Source of the DNA: Azolla caroliniana
Taxonomy: Eukaryota; Plantae; Polypodiophyta
Assembly: GCA_043228905.1 (NCBI GenBank)
Contig: JBHGNT010000021.1
Span: forward strand, 5,332,001 to 5,396,000
Length of the DNA stretch: 64,000 nucleotides
Direction of reading: 5' to 3'
The translations under genes were made by a program, and so were the position numbers. Each line of letters opens with the position of its first letter. Positions within the stretch are counted from its first letter, which is position 1. The notes beneath the pieces were generated by a model. The model made no database searches and was not told the DNA's origin. It saw only the letters and a list, made by a program, of their open reading frames with translations. Shown here piece after piece: positions 11,456 through 23,645 of this stretch.

Positions 11456-14400
11456 CTATCTTTCATCTTCATGTTGATCTATTGGAGGAGGTTTAAGGTC
11501 AAACCTTTTCTTAAATACTTTTATCCTCTTTCCAGCTACCACATTTAGGATTAGTGTCCCATCCAATTCACTAAGCTTATAAGTAAAGTTATCATATACT
11601 TTTCTTACTATGTAAGGCCCAAACCATCTTTCAACGAACTTGCGAACGGTACTATGTTGATTATCTAAACTGCTATCATACACAAGCATCCAATCCCCTT
11701 CTTCTATCTTCTTATGTCGAATTCTGTGAGTTTTATCAAAACGAATTTTATTCTTCAATCGAGCCTCCTTCAATCGTTGGGCTGCCAATTCTACATCTTC
11801 AGGTTGACACTCTAATTGTTGAATTTGCAAAGCCAACAATTCTTCTCTGTTCAACTCTTCTCTCCATGGAATAGATGTCCATGACATAATTGATCCTTCT
11901 ATTGGCATGATGGGCTTTTGCCCAAGTATCAATTCAGCTGGCATATATCCTAGTACCGAACTATGTGTTGTCCGATTCGCCTTAACTATTGGGCTATGTC
12001 CTCTTTCAATATTTCCATTGGCTTCTGGATTATACGTAGTTGTAAGCGATTTGCCCATAATGCATACGGTAGCATGCGTGGCCAATCTCTTATTTTACCT
12101 TTACAACTTTTCACGATCGCCTTAACTATTGGGCTATGTCCTCTTTCAATATTTCCATTGGCTTCTGGATTATACGCAGTTGTAAGCGATAATTTGACCC
12201 CTATCCGGCTGAAGAATTCTCTAGCTTCATCAGAGTCAAGTTCTCCTCTATCTGCAATTATTTTACCAACACACCCATAACAACATATTACATCTTCCAA
12301 CAAAAATTTACATACAGCTCTAGTTGTTTTTTGTTGTAGTGGTCTTCCTTCTACTTGGTTTGTAAGGTCTTCTCTTGCTAGTACTAAATATTGCATTTGA
12401 CCTTCCCCAAGTGGCATTGTCACTAGATCAACCATCCATTTATAATGCATTGATGATGAATATGTTGGTTTTAGCTCATCTCGATATCGAATAGTTGAAT
12501 ACCTTTGACATATTTCACAAGTTTCCACAAATTTCATTACATCTTTATACATATGTGGCCACCAATACTTCTCTTTTAACTTCATAAATGTCACCCATAT
12601 GCCTCTATGTCCTGCCCACAAACTATCATGAAATTCAGTCATTAATTTTCTTTTAATATCATCCTTACAAATGACTCGAAGAGGATTTTCGGTTGGCCTT
12701 TTTGGGCGCCTCCATAGATGCCCTTCATGTAAAAAATTTTTGAATTCTCTTCTTCAAAATTCATTTAGTTGTTTCTTTGACCATGATGGGTTGGCTTCTT
12801 TAGTCTTTAAAAATTTTCCTATTTCTAACCATTGACCTTCATAATATGTGTCTTTGAACATTATACTTACATTAAACTCATCATGAGGCTTAATAGATAC
12901 TTGAGGAGCAACTTGATGGCTTGTAGTTGCCCAGTTCTTATCTTCAGTTTGCATTAGCTTTTCATTTATGAACCTTGCCCTTGACAACATATCTGCGACA
13001 GGGTTCTCTTTTCCCTTTATATGCCGCAATTCTGGGTTCATGGTTCTGATGTATGCAATCCACCGAAGCATTGCAATATATGGTGTCGTGCAACATGCTA
13101 TCATTCCGATGACTGGCAAACAATTTGTTTCAACCACTACATCTGCTCCAATCAAGTAATCTCTATCTGTTTTTAGTGCAATAAGCAAACCCCACAATTC
13201 TCGTTTAACTTGCACATAATTTCTTTGCCTAACATTTAATATCTTTGCTCCAAACCTAATAGCATATCGATGTTGCTCTTCATCTTCTTGGTTGATAACC
13301 CAACCAATCCCGATTGGGCTAGTATCAACTGTCACTATAATTGGTCTTTCACCTTTATAGTCTGGTTGACGAAGAACTGGAGCTTTCAATAATGCTTCTT
13401 TTGAATTGTTGAACAACTTGTGTATGTTCATCAGTCCATATAAACTTCTTCCCTTTTCTTAAAAGTTGATAGAGAGGATTTGAGACATGTGCAAAGTGTG
13501 GTAACCAAATATGATAAAATACACATGCACCTAAAAATCTTCTCACCTCTGTTACTGATTCACAAACTTCCTTCATGTTTTGTATTGCGTTAATTTTGAT
13601 CGGTGAAGGCTTCCTCCCATACCACCCACACATATGACCAACTATCAGAACTTCATTCTGCCCAAAGCTTGACTTTGTTCTTGATAGTGTCAAATGTACC
13701 TGCTCAAGCTTATTTAAAATACTTTCACAATCATTAATGTGATCCATGACAAACTTTCTACAACCATTTCCAACCATAGTCTCATCTTTCTCTCTTTCTA
13801 AGCATCCTTTGATAGGAATATCATCTAAAAATGGCATAGTTACCTTTGGGATGTACTCATGTAGAACCTTGTTCATTGCATTCATCATATGAGCAACTGA
13901 ATTTGTCGCACCTTGAGGTAGAGTGCACATTCGAACCAACCCAATTGGTGTTCTCATTGTTGTGATATTGCGACTATCAATTGCTAGTTGAAATTGGTCG
14001 TATCTTGAATATAGGTCTCCCATAGAGTAAATTGCTCTCCCAACAAAAGCTTTTGCAAATTCATCAACATTTCGGATTGTGACTTTGTTGACTGGTTGTA
14101 GATCTTGAATGAATCTTAGAGAGCCATCTTTCTTTGGAACGGTGAACCATCGGTTGGAGTATGGTGCATTTGAAGGCTCTAAAATCTTCATCTTGACTTT
14201 ATCCTTCAGTAGCTCCAACAATTGAGGTAATCGAGCTCTCGGTACTGCAATAGGTTTAAAATTCCAAGGAATATGAGGGATAGTAAATATTACCATTGGC
14301 GTTATCACCTTTGGATCTACACAACCAATCTCATCGGCTTTGAATGCAAACACTTTCCCATGCCTAAAGATCATGTCTTTGAAAGTCGCGATCTCTGATT

Positions 14401-14620
14401 GTTCCAGAAATTCACTTCCGATTCTTAAGTTATTTATTGTATCTGGAGTGAAGTGATGTCCAATCTTCTCTATTGGTCGAAGCATAGGCTCAGTTGATGC
14501 TGCCTTCATCTTCTCTTCGCTACCAATAGGTAATAGTATTGCAACAAGTTTAATCTTTTTATCTATTGTTTTATATTTTGTGTTACATAAACCTTCTACT
14601 TCTTCATATTTACAATTATA
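11456..14620 (-). pseudogene. Ty3/gypsy pol (RT-RNaseH-integrase), degraded, tRNA-Trp-primed family
   Basis: LRFIQDLQPVN, LPQGATNS, PFLDD (RT); VDTS...ELWG...ADMLSR (RNase H); H..GH..C..C, ADRGE, NG.IER, GPY (IN); frameshifts and a ~70-bp internal duplication. Confidence 0.9.
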
Positions 14621-14953
14621 CTTTGTAAAGAATCAAGAGATGGATTCTATGCAGTGGAATAGATATGAATTGTGTGTGTGTATGAGAGAGAGAGAGAGAG
14701 AGAGAGAGAGTGAGAGTGGAGTGAAGTGATGTCCAATCTTCTCTATTGGTCGAAGCATAGGCTCAGTTGATGCTGCCTTCATCTTCTCTTCGCTACCAAT
14801 AGGTAATAGTATTGCAACAAGTTTAATCTTTTTATCTATTGTTTTATATTTTGTGTTACATAAACCTTCTACTTCTTCATATTTACAATTATACTTTGTA
14901 AAGAATCAAGAGATGGATTCTGTGCAGTGGAATAGATATGAATTGTGTGTGTG

Positions 14954-14992
<39 letters not shown>

Positions 14993-15232
14993 GAGTGGAG
15001 TGAAGTGATGTCCAATCTTCTCTATTGGTCGAAGCATAGGCTCAGTTGATGCTGCCTTCATCTTCTCTTCGCTACCAATAGGTAATAGTATTGCAACAAG
15101 TTTAATCTTTTTATCTATTGTTTTATATTTTGTGTTACATAAACCTTCTACTTCTTCATATTTACAATTATACTTTGTAAAGAATCAAGAGATGGATTCT
15201 GTGCAGTGGAATAGATATGAATTGTGTGTGTG

Positions 15233-15270
<38 letters not shown>
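14444..15270. repeat. Tandem triplication (~275-bp unit) of the gypsy pol / copia LTR junction
   Basis: Units start at 14444, 14717, 14996 (TGGAGTGAAGTGATGTCC), each ending in a (GA)n tract. Confidence 0.9.
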
Positions 15271-15275
<5 letters not shown>

Positions 15276-15596
15276 GTGAGTGAGAGACAAAGAGTAAGAC
15301 ATAGAGAATACGCAAGGTAAAAATATATTAACAAAGGAGAAAGACTCAACATTATACAAGGTGGGAGGAGGGTGCTTTATATAGTCACCCTCTCTCTTCA
15401 TTAACTACAAGAATCATGGAGCATGGGGAATGTGAAAGCTCATAAGTTATGTGTCATAGAATATGATTCTATGACTCATACTAAATGCTAGAATACAAAG
15501 TGGCGACATAATGGTGACTCTTGACCGTTGGAGTGTCTATTCACTCTCAAGGTGAGTTCACACACTAGACCAAGTTGAGCTTGATTCTCAACACGT

Positions 15597-18500
15597 TGTT
15601 GGGATTACGGTCCCTCCGGATGGGATGGTCGGATGTCCGAAGATGAATGACGACAAGCCCGGTTGCGGTTTCGGAACCGGATGATGAAGACCCCGACTTC
15701 GGAGCCGGATGACGAATGTACCCGGAGAGAGATCCGGATGCGGGGACATATCTGTGAATATGTTTGCCAAGGGCCCTTGAGGCTATAGTTGTAAATAGCC
15801 CTAAAGTCATATGTGTATAAATATGACTTAGGGCAAACAGTTTTGACGTTGCTACTCATTTTTCTGTTTTTCCACTCAAGAGGAGTGAAGAGAGAGCAGC
15901 CGTAAGAGAGATAGAGCGTGAGAGACGAAGAGGTCGACGCCTCTGTGTAATTCCGCCGCCTGTGGCGAGGACAGCGAGCTCAAGGTCGTCCCCTTGCAGC
16001 TCGCCATTGTATATTTCTCTGTGCATAGTTTTGGTTCGGAGTCTTGTACTCCCGTGGTTTTTTCCCGTACAGGGTTTTCCACGTTAAATCGTGTGTCCAC
16101 TTATTTACTTTTGCATTTCCCATTTTCTGCAACAACGATTCGTGTGTTTCCTTGGTTGTGGCCGAGAGGTGAAGTTTGGAAAGTGTCGATTATTTCCATC
16201 AATTTGGTATCAGAGCGAGCTGCTGCAGAAAATGGAAGGCGGCGGCAGCGGGCAGCCGGGGATGATGGTGCTGAATGCGCAGAATTACGCCGACTGGAAG
16301 ATCAAGATGGAGGATCTTCTGATTGTTCGGGACCTGTACGAACCGATTGACAGGTTGGAAATACCGAAGGGGGTACTTGAGTCGGAATGGAGGCTTCTGA
16401 ACCGGAAAGCCGTTGCAACCATTCGGCATATACGTCGACGTGAGCGTTCTACAACATGTGGCGAACGACATCAATGCATATGAGATGTGGCGGAAGCTGT
16501 CGGGCCTCTACGAGAGGAAGAATGCGTTGAACCGGACCTCCCTGATGAGGAAGATAGTGAACCTCAAGTACCGGGACGACGAGAGTATGGTGGAACACGT
16601 AAGCACGTTCATGGGATTCGTGAACTAGCTTGCGGCGATCAAGTTCCCGCTGGAGGATGCAATGCAAGCCATCATTCTGATGTGTACATTGCCGGAAAGC
16701 TGGGAGAACTTGGTGGTGACTCTCAGCACCTCCTGCACGGAAGATAACTTGTCCCTACAAACGGTAAAGACAAGTATTTTGAACGAAGAAGCGCGTCGGA
16801 GAGATAAAGAACCGGCCTCCGACTCGAAGGCGCTGCTTACCGAATCGGAACGGGGAAGACAATGGAACCGGAGTCCGCAAAGACGGGAGAAGTCGGGGAC
16901 CCGGTCGCAGTCAAGAGGAAGACCCACATGCTTCCACTGTGGGAAGCCGGGGCACTTCCGGAAGAATTGTCGGCATTACCGAAAGGACAACGGAGCCGTC
17001 GACACCGATTCGAAGAAGTCACCGGAGAGAAACGGTGCATACCGGGGAGCCACGGACCGGAGAGGTCCGGATCGGCGAGGGCAGGACCGGAAAGGAACGA
17101 CGGCACTCGCGGCAAGTGAGGAAGAAATCATGCTCATCACCGAAGAAGGTGAACTAAACATTGCCGGCGATGAGACGACCTGGGTGGTCGATTCCGGAGC
17201 ATCGTTCCACCTGACCCCGGAGAGAAGATACTTCTCATCCTACACAGTCGGTGAGCATGGCTGTGTTCGGATGGGAAATGAAGGTACGTGCCGGATTGCC
17301 GGCATAGGAGACGTGTGGTTGACAACCTCGACCGGATGCAAAATGCTGCTGAAGGATGTCCGACACGTTCCGGAGGTTCGATTGAACCTGATTTCGGCCG
17401 GGAGGCTAGACGATGAAGGCTACACAGGTAGCATCCGGAACGGCGTAATGAAGTTCAGCAAGGGGAGCATGATAGTGGCTCGGGCCCGGAAAGTCAACAC
17501 ACTGTACCTTATGAATGCCTGGCTGTGTCCGGAAGAGTTGAACGTGGCAGCCGACACTGCCGGTGAGCTGTGGCACAAGAGACTGTGCCACATGAGTGAG
17601 AAGGGGATGAAGAGGCTTGCAGAAGACAACCTTATTCCAGTGAAGCATGTGCACCTGGAGAAGTGCACCGATTGCCTGGCCGGTAAGCAGAACCGAACCT
17701 CCTTCCACTCAAGGCCACCGACGAGACGTAGCGCACCATTGGAGTTGGTGCACACTGATGTGTGTCAGGTAGAAACGAAGTCACATGGCGGAGCCCAGTA
17801 CTTCGTAACATTCATTGATGATCACAGCCGGAAGCTGTGGACGGCACCGTTGAAGACAAAGGACCAAGTGTTGTGCGTCTTCAAAGAACTCCACGCGAGA
17901 GTGGAAAGGGAATCCGGCAAGAAGCTGAAAGCGATACGAGTAGATAACGGAGGGGAATACCGGGGGCAGTTCGCGGAGTACTATCGCTCGAAGGGAATCC
18001 GGCTCGAGTTTACTGTGCCGAAGACGCCGGAACTGAACGGGCTGGCCGAGAGGATGAACCGGACCATAATGGAGAGGGTCCGGAGTATGCTGGCGCATGC
18101 GGAATTACCCAAGGGGTTTTGGGCTGAGGCGATGTCAACGGCGACATACGTGATAAACAGATCACCCTCAGTACCTTTGGACGGAGACACGCCGCAGAGA
18201 GTGTGGACCGGTAGGGAAGTATCCTACCGGCATCTGAAGGTGTTCGGGTGTCTCGCATATGTGCATGTGGCAAAGAACCGGAGAGGAAAGTTAGATCCAA
18301 AGACCCGGCCATGCATATTCCTCGGTTACGGCGACGACGAGTTCGGCTACCGAGTATGGGACCCGGTCGACAAGAAGATATTCAGGAGTCGAGATATCAT
18401 CTTCATGGAGGACAAGACACTCGCCGACTGGGAGTCAGAGAAGAAGATGAAGAGCTCCAAGTCGACCGGTGAGGATCAACTCTACGAAGAGCAGTCCCGA

Positions 18501-20921
18501 CCGGCAAGGGACCGGTTAGCACTCGAGGATCCGGCCGAAGACGGTGAAGAAACAGAACCGGCCGAAGAAGATGAAAATGATACCGGAACCGGCCCCGATC
18601 CCGAATTGGATTCGGATGAAGAAGAATCGGAAGAACCGGTTACCGAAGCTCCGGAACGGAGATATCCTCTAAGAGAGAGAAGGGCTCCCCGGAGATTTCC
18701 GGAACCAGAGCACGTGCTGCTAACCGACGAGGGGGAGCCGGAGAGCTTTGAAGAAGCGAAGCATGACACCCATAGCCGCAGGTGGTTAAGTGCCATGCAA
18801 GAGGAGATGGATTCCCTGCATGAGAACCACACATATGAACTTGTGGAGTTGCCGAAAGGAAAACGGGCACTCCGTAACAAGTGGGTGTTCAAGCTGAAAC
18901 CGGGAGATGCCGGAAACCCCCCGAGATACAAAGCCAGGATCGTGGTGAAGGGGTTCCAGCAGAAGAAGGGCGTCGACTTCGACGAGATATTTGCCCCGGT
19001 AGTGAAGATGACCTCTATCCGGACGGTGCTGAGCATAGCGGCAAGCATGGACCTCGAGGTAGAACAGATGGACGTGAAGACGGCATTCCTTCACGGTGAC
19101 CTCGAAGAAGAGATATACATGCAGCAACCGGAAGGATTCGAGAAGAAAGAGAAGGAGCACTTGGTATGCCGGTTGAAGAAGAGCCTTTATGGTTTGAAGC
19201 AGGCTCCCCGGCAGTGGTACCGAAAGTTTGACTCCTTCATGACCGATGAAGGGTACTACAAAACGCAGTCCGACCACTGCGTGTTTGTGAAGAAGTTCGA
19301 CGGAGGAGACCTTCTAATACTCCTCCTATACGTGGACGACATGTTGATCGTCGGACGGGACCAGGTCAAGATACGGATGCTGAAGAAAGCGCTCCACCGA
19401 ACTTTCTCAATGAAGGACCTGGGTCCGGCGAGGCAAATACTAGGGATGCACATCATCCGGAACCGGAAGAAGAAGCAGTTGTGGATGTCACAAGAGAAGT
19501 ACGTGACAAAGGTGCTTCACCGGTTCAACATGTCGGAAGCAAGACCGGTCGGGTCAACCCTCCCGGCAAACTGCAAGTTGTCCAGCAAGCAAAGCCCCAA
19601 GACAAAGGCTGAGAAGGAGGACATGATGAAAGTACCATATGCCTCTGCCGTCGGAAGCTTGATGTACGCAATGGTGTGTACCCGACCGGACATAGGATAT
19701 GCAGTCGGAGTGGTGAGCCGGTACATGAGCAATCCCGGCAAAGAGCATTGGAACGCGGCCAAGTGGATACTCCGATACCTGAAGGGCACGACAAACGTGT
19801 GCCTCCGATTCGGCTCCGGTAAGCCCGAACTCGACGGCTTCACCGATTCAGATATGTCGGCTGATGCAGATACCAGCCGGTCCACATCAGGGTATGTGAT
19901 GACGTATGCAGGGGGAGCTGTTTCATGGCAGTCGAGGCTGCAGAAGACGGTTGCGTTGTCAACCACGGAGGCAGAGTACATGGCGGTTGTTGAAGCCGGC
20001 AAGGAAATAATATGGATGAAGGACTTCATTAGAGAGCTCGGTATCCGGCAGGAGGAGTACCGACTCTACTGCGACAGTCAGAGTGCAATCCACCTTGCGA
20101 AGAACACGGCCTATCACTCCCGGACGAAGCACATCCAGCGAAGATATCACTGGATCCGGGAAAGGATAGAAGACAAGGAGTTCGTGCTGACGAAGATCCA
20201 CACGGACGAGAACGGGTCGGATATGCTGACCAAGGTGCTCACACCCGACAAGCTGGAAGCATGCCGGAAGAGGATCGGATTGGAGAGACATCCCATGCCG
20301 AAGTGAAGGGGGAGTTTGTTGGGATTACGGTCCCTCCGGATGGGATGGTCGGATGTCCGGAGATGAATGACGACAAGCCCGGTTGCGGTTTCGGAACCGG
20401 ATGATGAAGACCCCGACTTCGGAGCCAGACGACGAATGTACCCGGAGAGAGATCCGGATGCGGGGACATATCTGTGAATATGTTTGCCAAGGGCCCTTGA
20501 GGCTATAGTTGTAAATAGCCCTAAAGTCATACGTGTATAAATATGACTTAGGGCAAACAGTTTTGACGTTGCTACTCATTTTTCTGTTTTTCCACTCAAG
20601 AGGAGTGAAGAGAGAGCAGCCATAAGAGAGATAGAGCGTGAGAGACGAAGAGGTCGACGCCTCTGTGTAATTCCGCCGCCTGTGGCGAGGACAGCGAGCT
20701 CAAGGTCGTCGCCTTGCAGCTCACCATTGTATATTTCTCTGTGCATAGTTTTGGTTCGGAGTCTTGTACTCCCGTGGTTTTTTCCCGTACAGGGTTTTCC
20801 ACGTTAAATCGTGTGTCCACTTATTTACTTTTGCATTTCCCATTTTCTGCAACAACGATTCGTGTGTTTCCTTGGTTGTGGCCGAGAGGTGAAGTTTGGA
20901 AAGTGTCGATTATTTCCATCA
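15597..20921 (+). mobile_element. Full-length Ty1/copia element A (Tnt1-like), young
   Basis: 605-bp LTRs 15597-16201 and 20317-20921 (TG...CA, ~7 differences seen); PBS TGGTATCAGAGC 16205-16216 (tRNA-iMet); PPT GAAGGGGGAG; TSD CACGT/CACGC. Confidence 0.97.
16232..20306 (+). pseudogene. Copia A gag-pol; frameshift near 16428 and stop at 16626-16628, then open 16662-20306
   Basis: CCHC knuckle CFHCGKPGHFRKNC, protease WVVDSGAS, integrase HTDV/DNGGEY/NGLAER, RT QMDVKTAFLHG/YVDDM, RNase H TKHI/DMLTK. Confidence 0.95.
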
Positions 20922-21725
20922 CACGCCCCCTCAAGCTCAAGTCGGGTCGGTTTCAGACGGTATCCAAAATCCGCTTTGACTCGCGTTCCGGAGTCCGCGT
21001 CGACTCACATTTATGCGGAGTTGCAGAATCCGTGCTCCAGCTTGCGTTGTGCATATTTGCGAAGTCTGTGCTTTGGCTTACGTCTTTCTTCGCGGCTTTG
21101 TGCGGTAGATCGGCTCTTCGCGACTTCATTGCGCGGTTGCGGAATCCACGCGTTATTGCGTACTGTCTTCAGTACTCCCCCTCAAGCTTGGCAGGTCAGG
21201 GATCGTCAATCCGAGATCGGTCATGAATTGCCATAGCTTGTCGGCTCCTAAGGCTTTAGTGAAGCTGTCGGCCGTTTGGAGATTAGTGCTAATGTGTTGT
21301 AGGTCGACATTGCCAGCTAGAACACGCTCTCGGATGAAGTGATAATGCACTTCGATGTGCTTTGTCCATGCGTGGAACACCTGGTTCCGAGCCAGATAGA
21401 CACTACTCATGTTGTCGCAGTAAAGGGAAGTCGGATCCTTGATGGGTACGCCCAGATCCTTGAGTATCCTTTTGAGCCATACAACTTCACATGTGGCCAC
21501 TGCCGCGCCCCTGTATTCCGCCTCTATGCTCGAAAGAGCGACGGTTGGTTGCTTTTTATTGCTCTAGGATATTGCTCCGCTGCCGAGGGAAAAAACAAAT
21601 CCGGAGGTTGATATTCTATCGGCTTTGTAGCTGGCCCAATCGGCGTCTGTGTACCCCTCTAGTCGTATTGGCATCGCGGTCTTGTAGAGGATGCCGCAAT
21701 CCATTGTGCCGCTCACGTATCGTAG

Positions 21726-23310
21726 AGTAGGACTAGATTTACCTTTTTCGACTTTTGCGTCCATCTCTTTTCTTTTGCTTTCTCTTGTCTCATGCTTTTT
21801 TGTTGAGCCAATCTCATCATCCGACCTTTTCCTTTTTTCTTCCACTATCACCTCATGTTCTTGGTGTTCTGCCATCTGAGCATAGACCGTCGTAGCATCT
21901 ACTGGAACATCCCATCCAGTGTTTTTCCTTACAAAATCTCCGGCAACACGAAGGTCTTCCATCTTCATCTTTTGCTTTTGTGCAGTACTTACAACCTTCT
22001 CCTAGAATGATGATCGAGATGGCATGTCATCGAGGCGCATTCCTGCCGTTGCCGAGTAGTACATTGCGGAAGCCTTCTTTGCTTCAGCTTCTTCAAATTT
22101 AACCTTAACACCACCATCACCAAAGTTCTTTGTAAGTGGACTTCTAGTTTCAGTTAAATAAATGTTACTATTTTTCCAATACACCAAGTCTCGATTTTCC
22201 ATGTCTTTATATTCTTCACAATCACGTAGACGATGTTCGAGACTATCACACCACATGCATCGGGGTCGGAATGGTTCCCTTGACCTCAAAGTTTGAGCAT
22301 TCTCAAGCTTTGCCACTTTCATTGTTAGATCTTTCATACTTTGAACTAAATCATCAAGAAAAGACTCACTCGTAGTTCCGATTATTTCGCGTGGTTGATG
22401 CACCATTTCGTGTGATGGTTCTCGACCATGTCTTTGAACTTCGATGTTTTGATAAAGCGGATTCATGATTCCCACATGTGGTATTTGTAGCATTACACCA
22501 TTCCTTTGCATTCTTTTCATAAATTTATTACAAGCATTTGTTACCTCATTCCAATCTGCCGTTATACCATCCTCGGTATTTGGCACTTCAAGCATAAATT
22601 CCAATTCTTTTCTATATCTCTTATCAAATGCCTGCAAAAATAAAGCAACCTTTTGCCAAGACAAATAATTTCTTTCTTCTGGCTTTAAGTGTCCATACAT
22701 CCTATCAAACTCTTTTTTTTGTGTCAGCCACAGATAACCCTTTATCTTCTTTTAAGATCCATTCATGAAATGAACGCAATGTAACTTGAGAGAAATCTTC
22801 ACGAGAATATTCAGACACAAGCACTTCTTTGAATGCATTCCAATCCAAACTATGCAATGCTTGTATTTCACAAATTCTATCTCTTAATTCCATTTCCACT
22901 AATTTATAAAAGTTTGCTATCATATTGACATCATTCACACCAAACATTTCCATTTCATCATAATATATATTGACATACTTTGAGATATTTGTGCCATCAA
23001 ACACACCAATTTTCTCTCGGACTTCTCGTAAGGCATGAAATAATTGATCTTGATTCAATTTTTCAATAAACAACCTTACCGGATCCATTGTACTCGTACT
23101 TGCCATGTTGATGTTGATCTTTGCTTTAGATGTCTCTTCTACTTCCCCGTTTCACGTCGGGTTCACCAAATTGTGTCGTGGCGTGGCTCGCCTAGAAGCG
23201 TACCGTTGCATAGACAAAAGATATCGTGAACGTGAGGAAGGAATCACTGGGATTATGGATGGAAGAGACGAAAGAGTAGAGATAGAGTAAATCGAGATCA
23301 ACAAGATATG
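21726..23310 (-). mobile_element. 5' part of tRNA-Trp-primed gypsy: gag pseudogene (23106-21726), PBS 23152-23168, LTR fragment 23174-23310
   Basis: IGVFDGTNISKY, CMWCDSLEHRLRDC knuckle, YSATAGMR homologous to gag at 44949-47075; PBS TGGTGAACCCGACGTGA. Confidence 0.85.
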
Positions 23311-23645
23311 AAAACGTTCACGCTCACAAGTGGAAGGATAAGGAAAATTTTGGTTGATTTTAGGGCTTTTTCAATGATTTTACAAAACACATTGATGCCG
23401 GTATCATACTATGAAAAAGGTTAAAAATCCACTATTTTCGTGATTTAGAAGTAACTAAAAAAAGAGGAATTTCAAAAAGTTACATTCTCAATTTATATCA
23501 CAAACTTTACAACCAATGTTATTTTATAAGAAAGGATTTTTTAGAAATCATAAGAATTCAAAACACATGCTTTTATATTACTCGATTTGTTGCAAGCAGA
23601 ATGTATTTACACTTAATAGCCAAAAATACATTCATGATCATTCCT

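Larger units (their letters stand above)
15176..21725 (-). mobile_element. Copia family B remnant: 3' LTR 15176-15593 plus RNase H end/PPT 20922-21725, split by copia A
   Basis: LTR is reverse complement of 41756-42156; YTDADWA, YCDNMS, TKHIEVHYHFIRE, QTAD.FTKAL. Confidence 0.85.

Noticed and set aside
10512-23310. Single intact gypsy element from 10512 to 23310
   Set aside because: The LTR fragment at 23174 does not match 10512 onward, and protease plus most of copia B are deleted, so pairing cannot be shown
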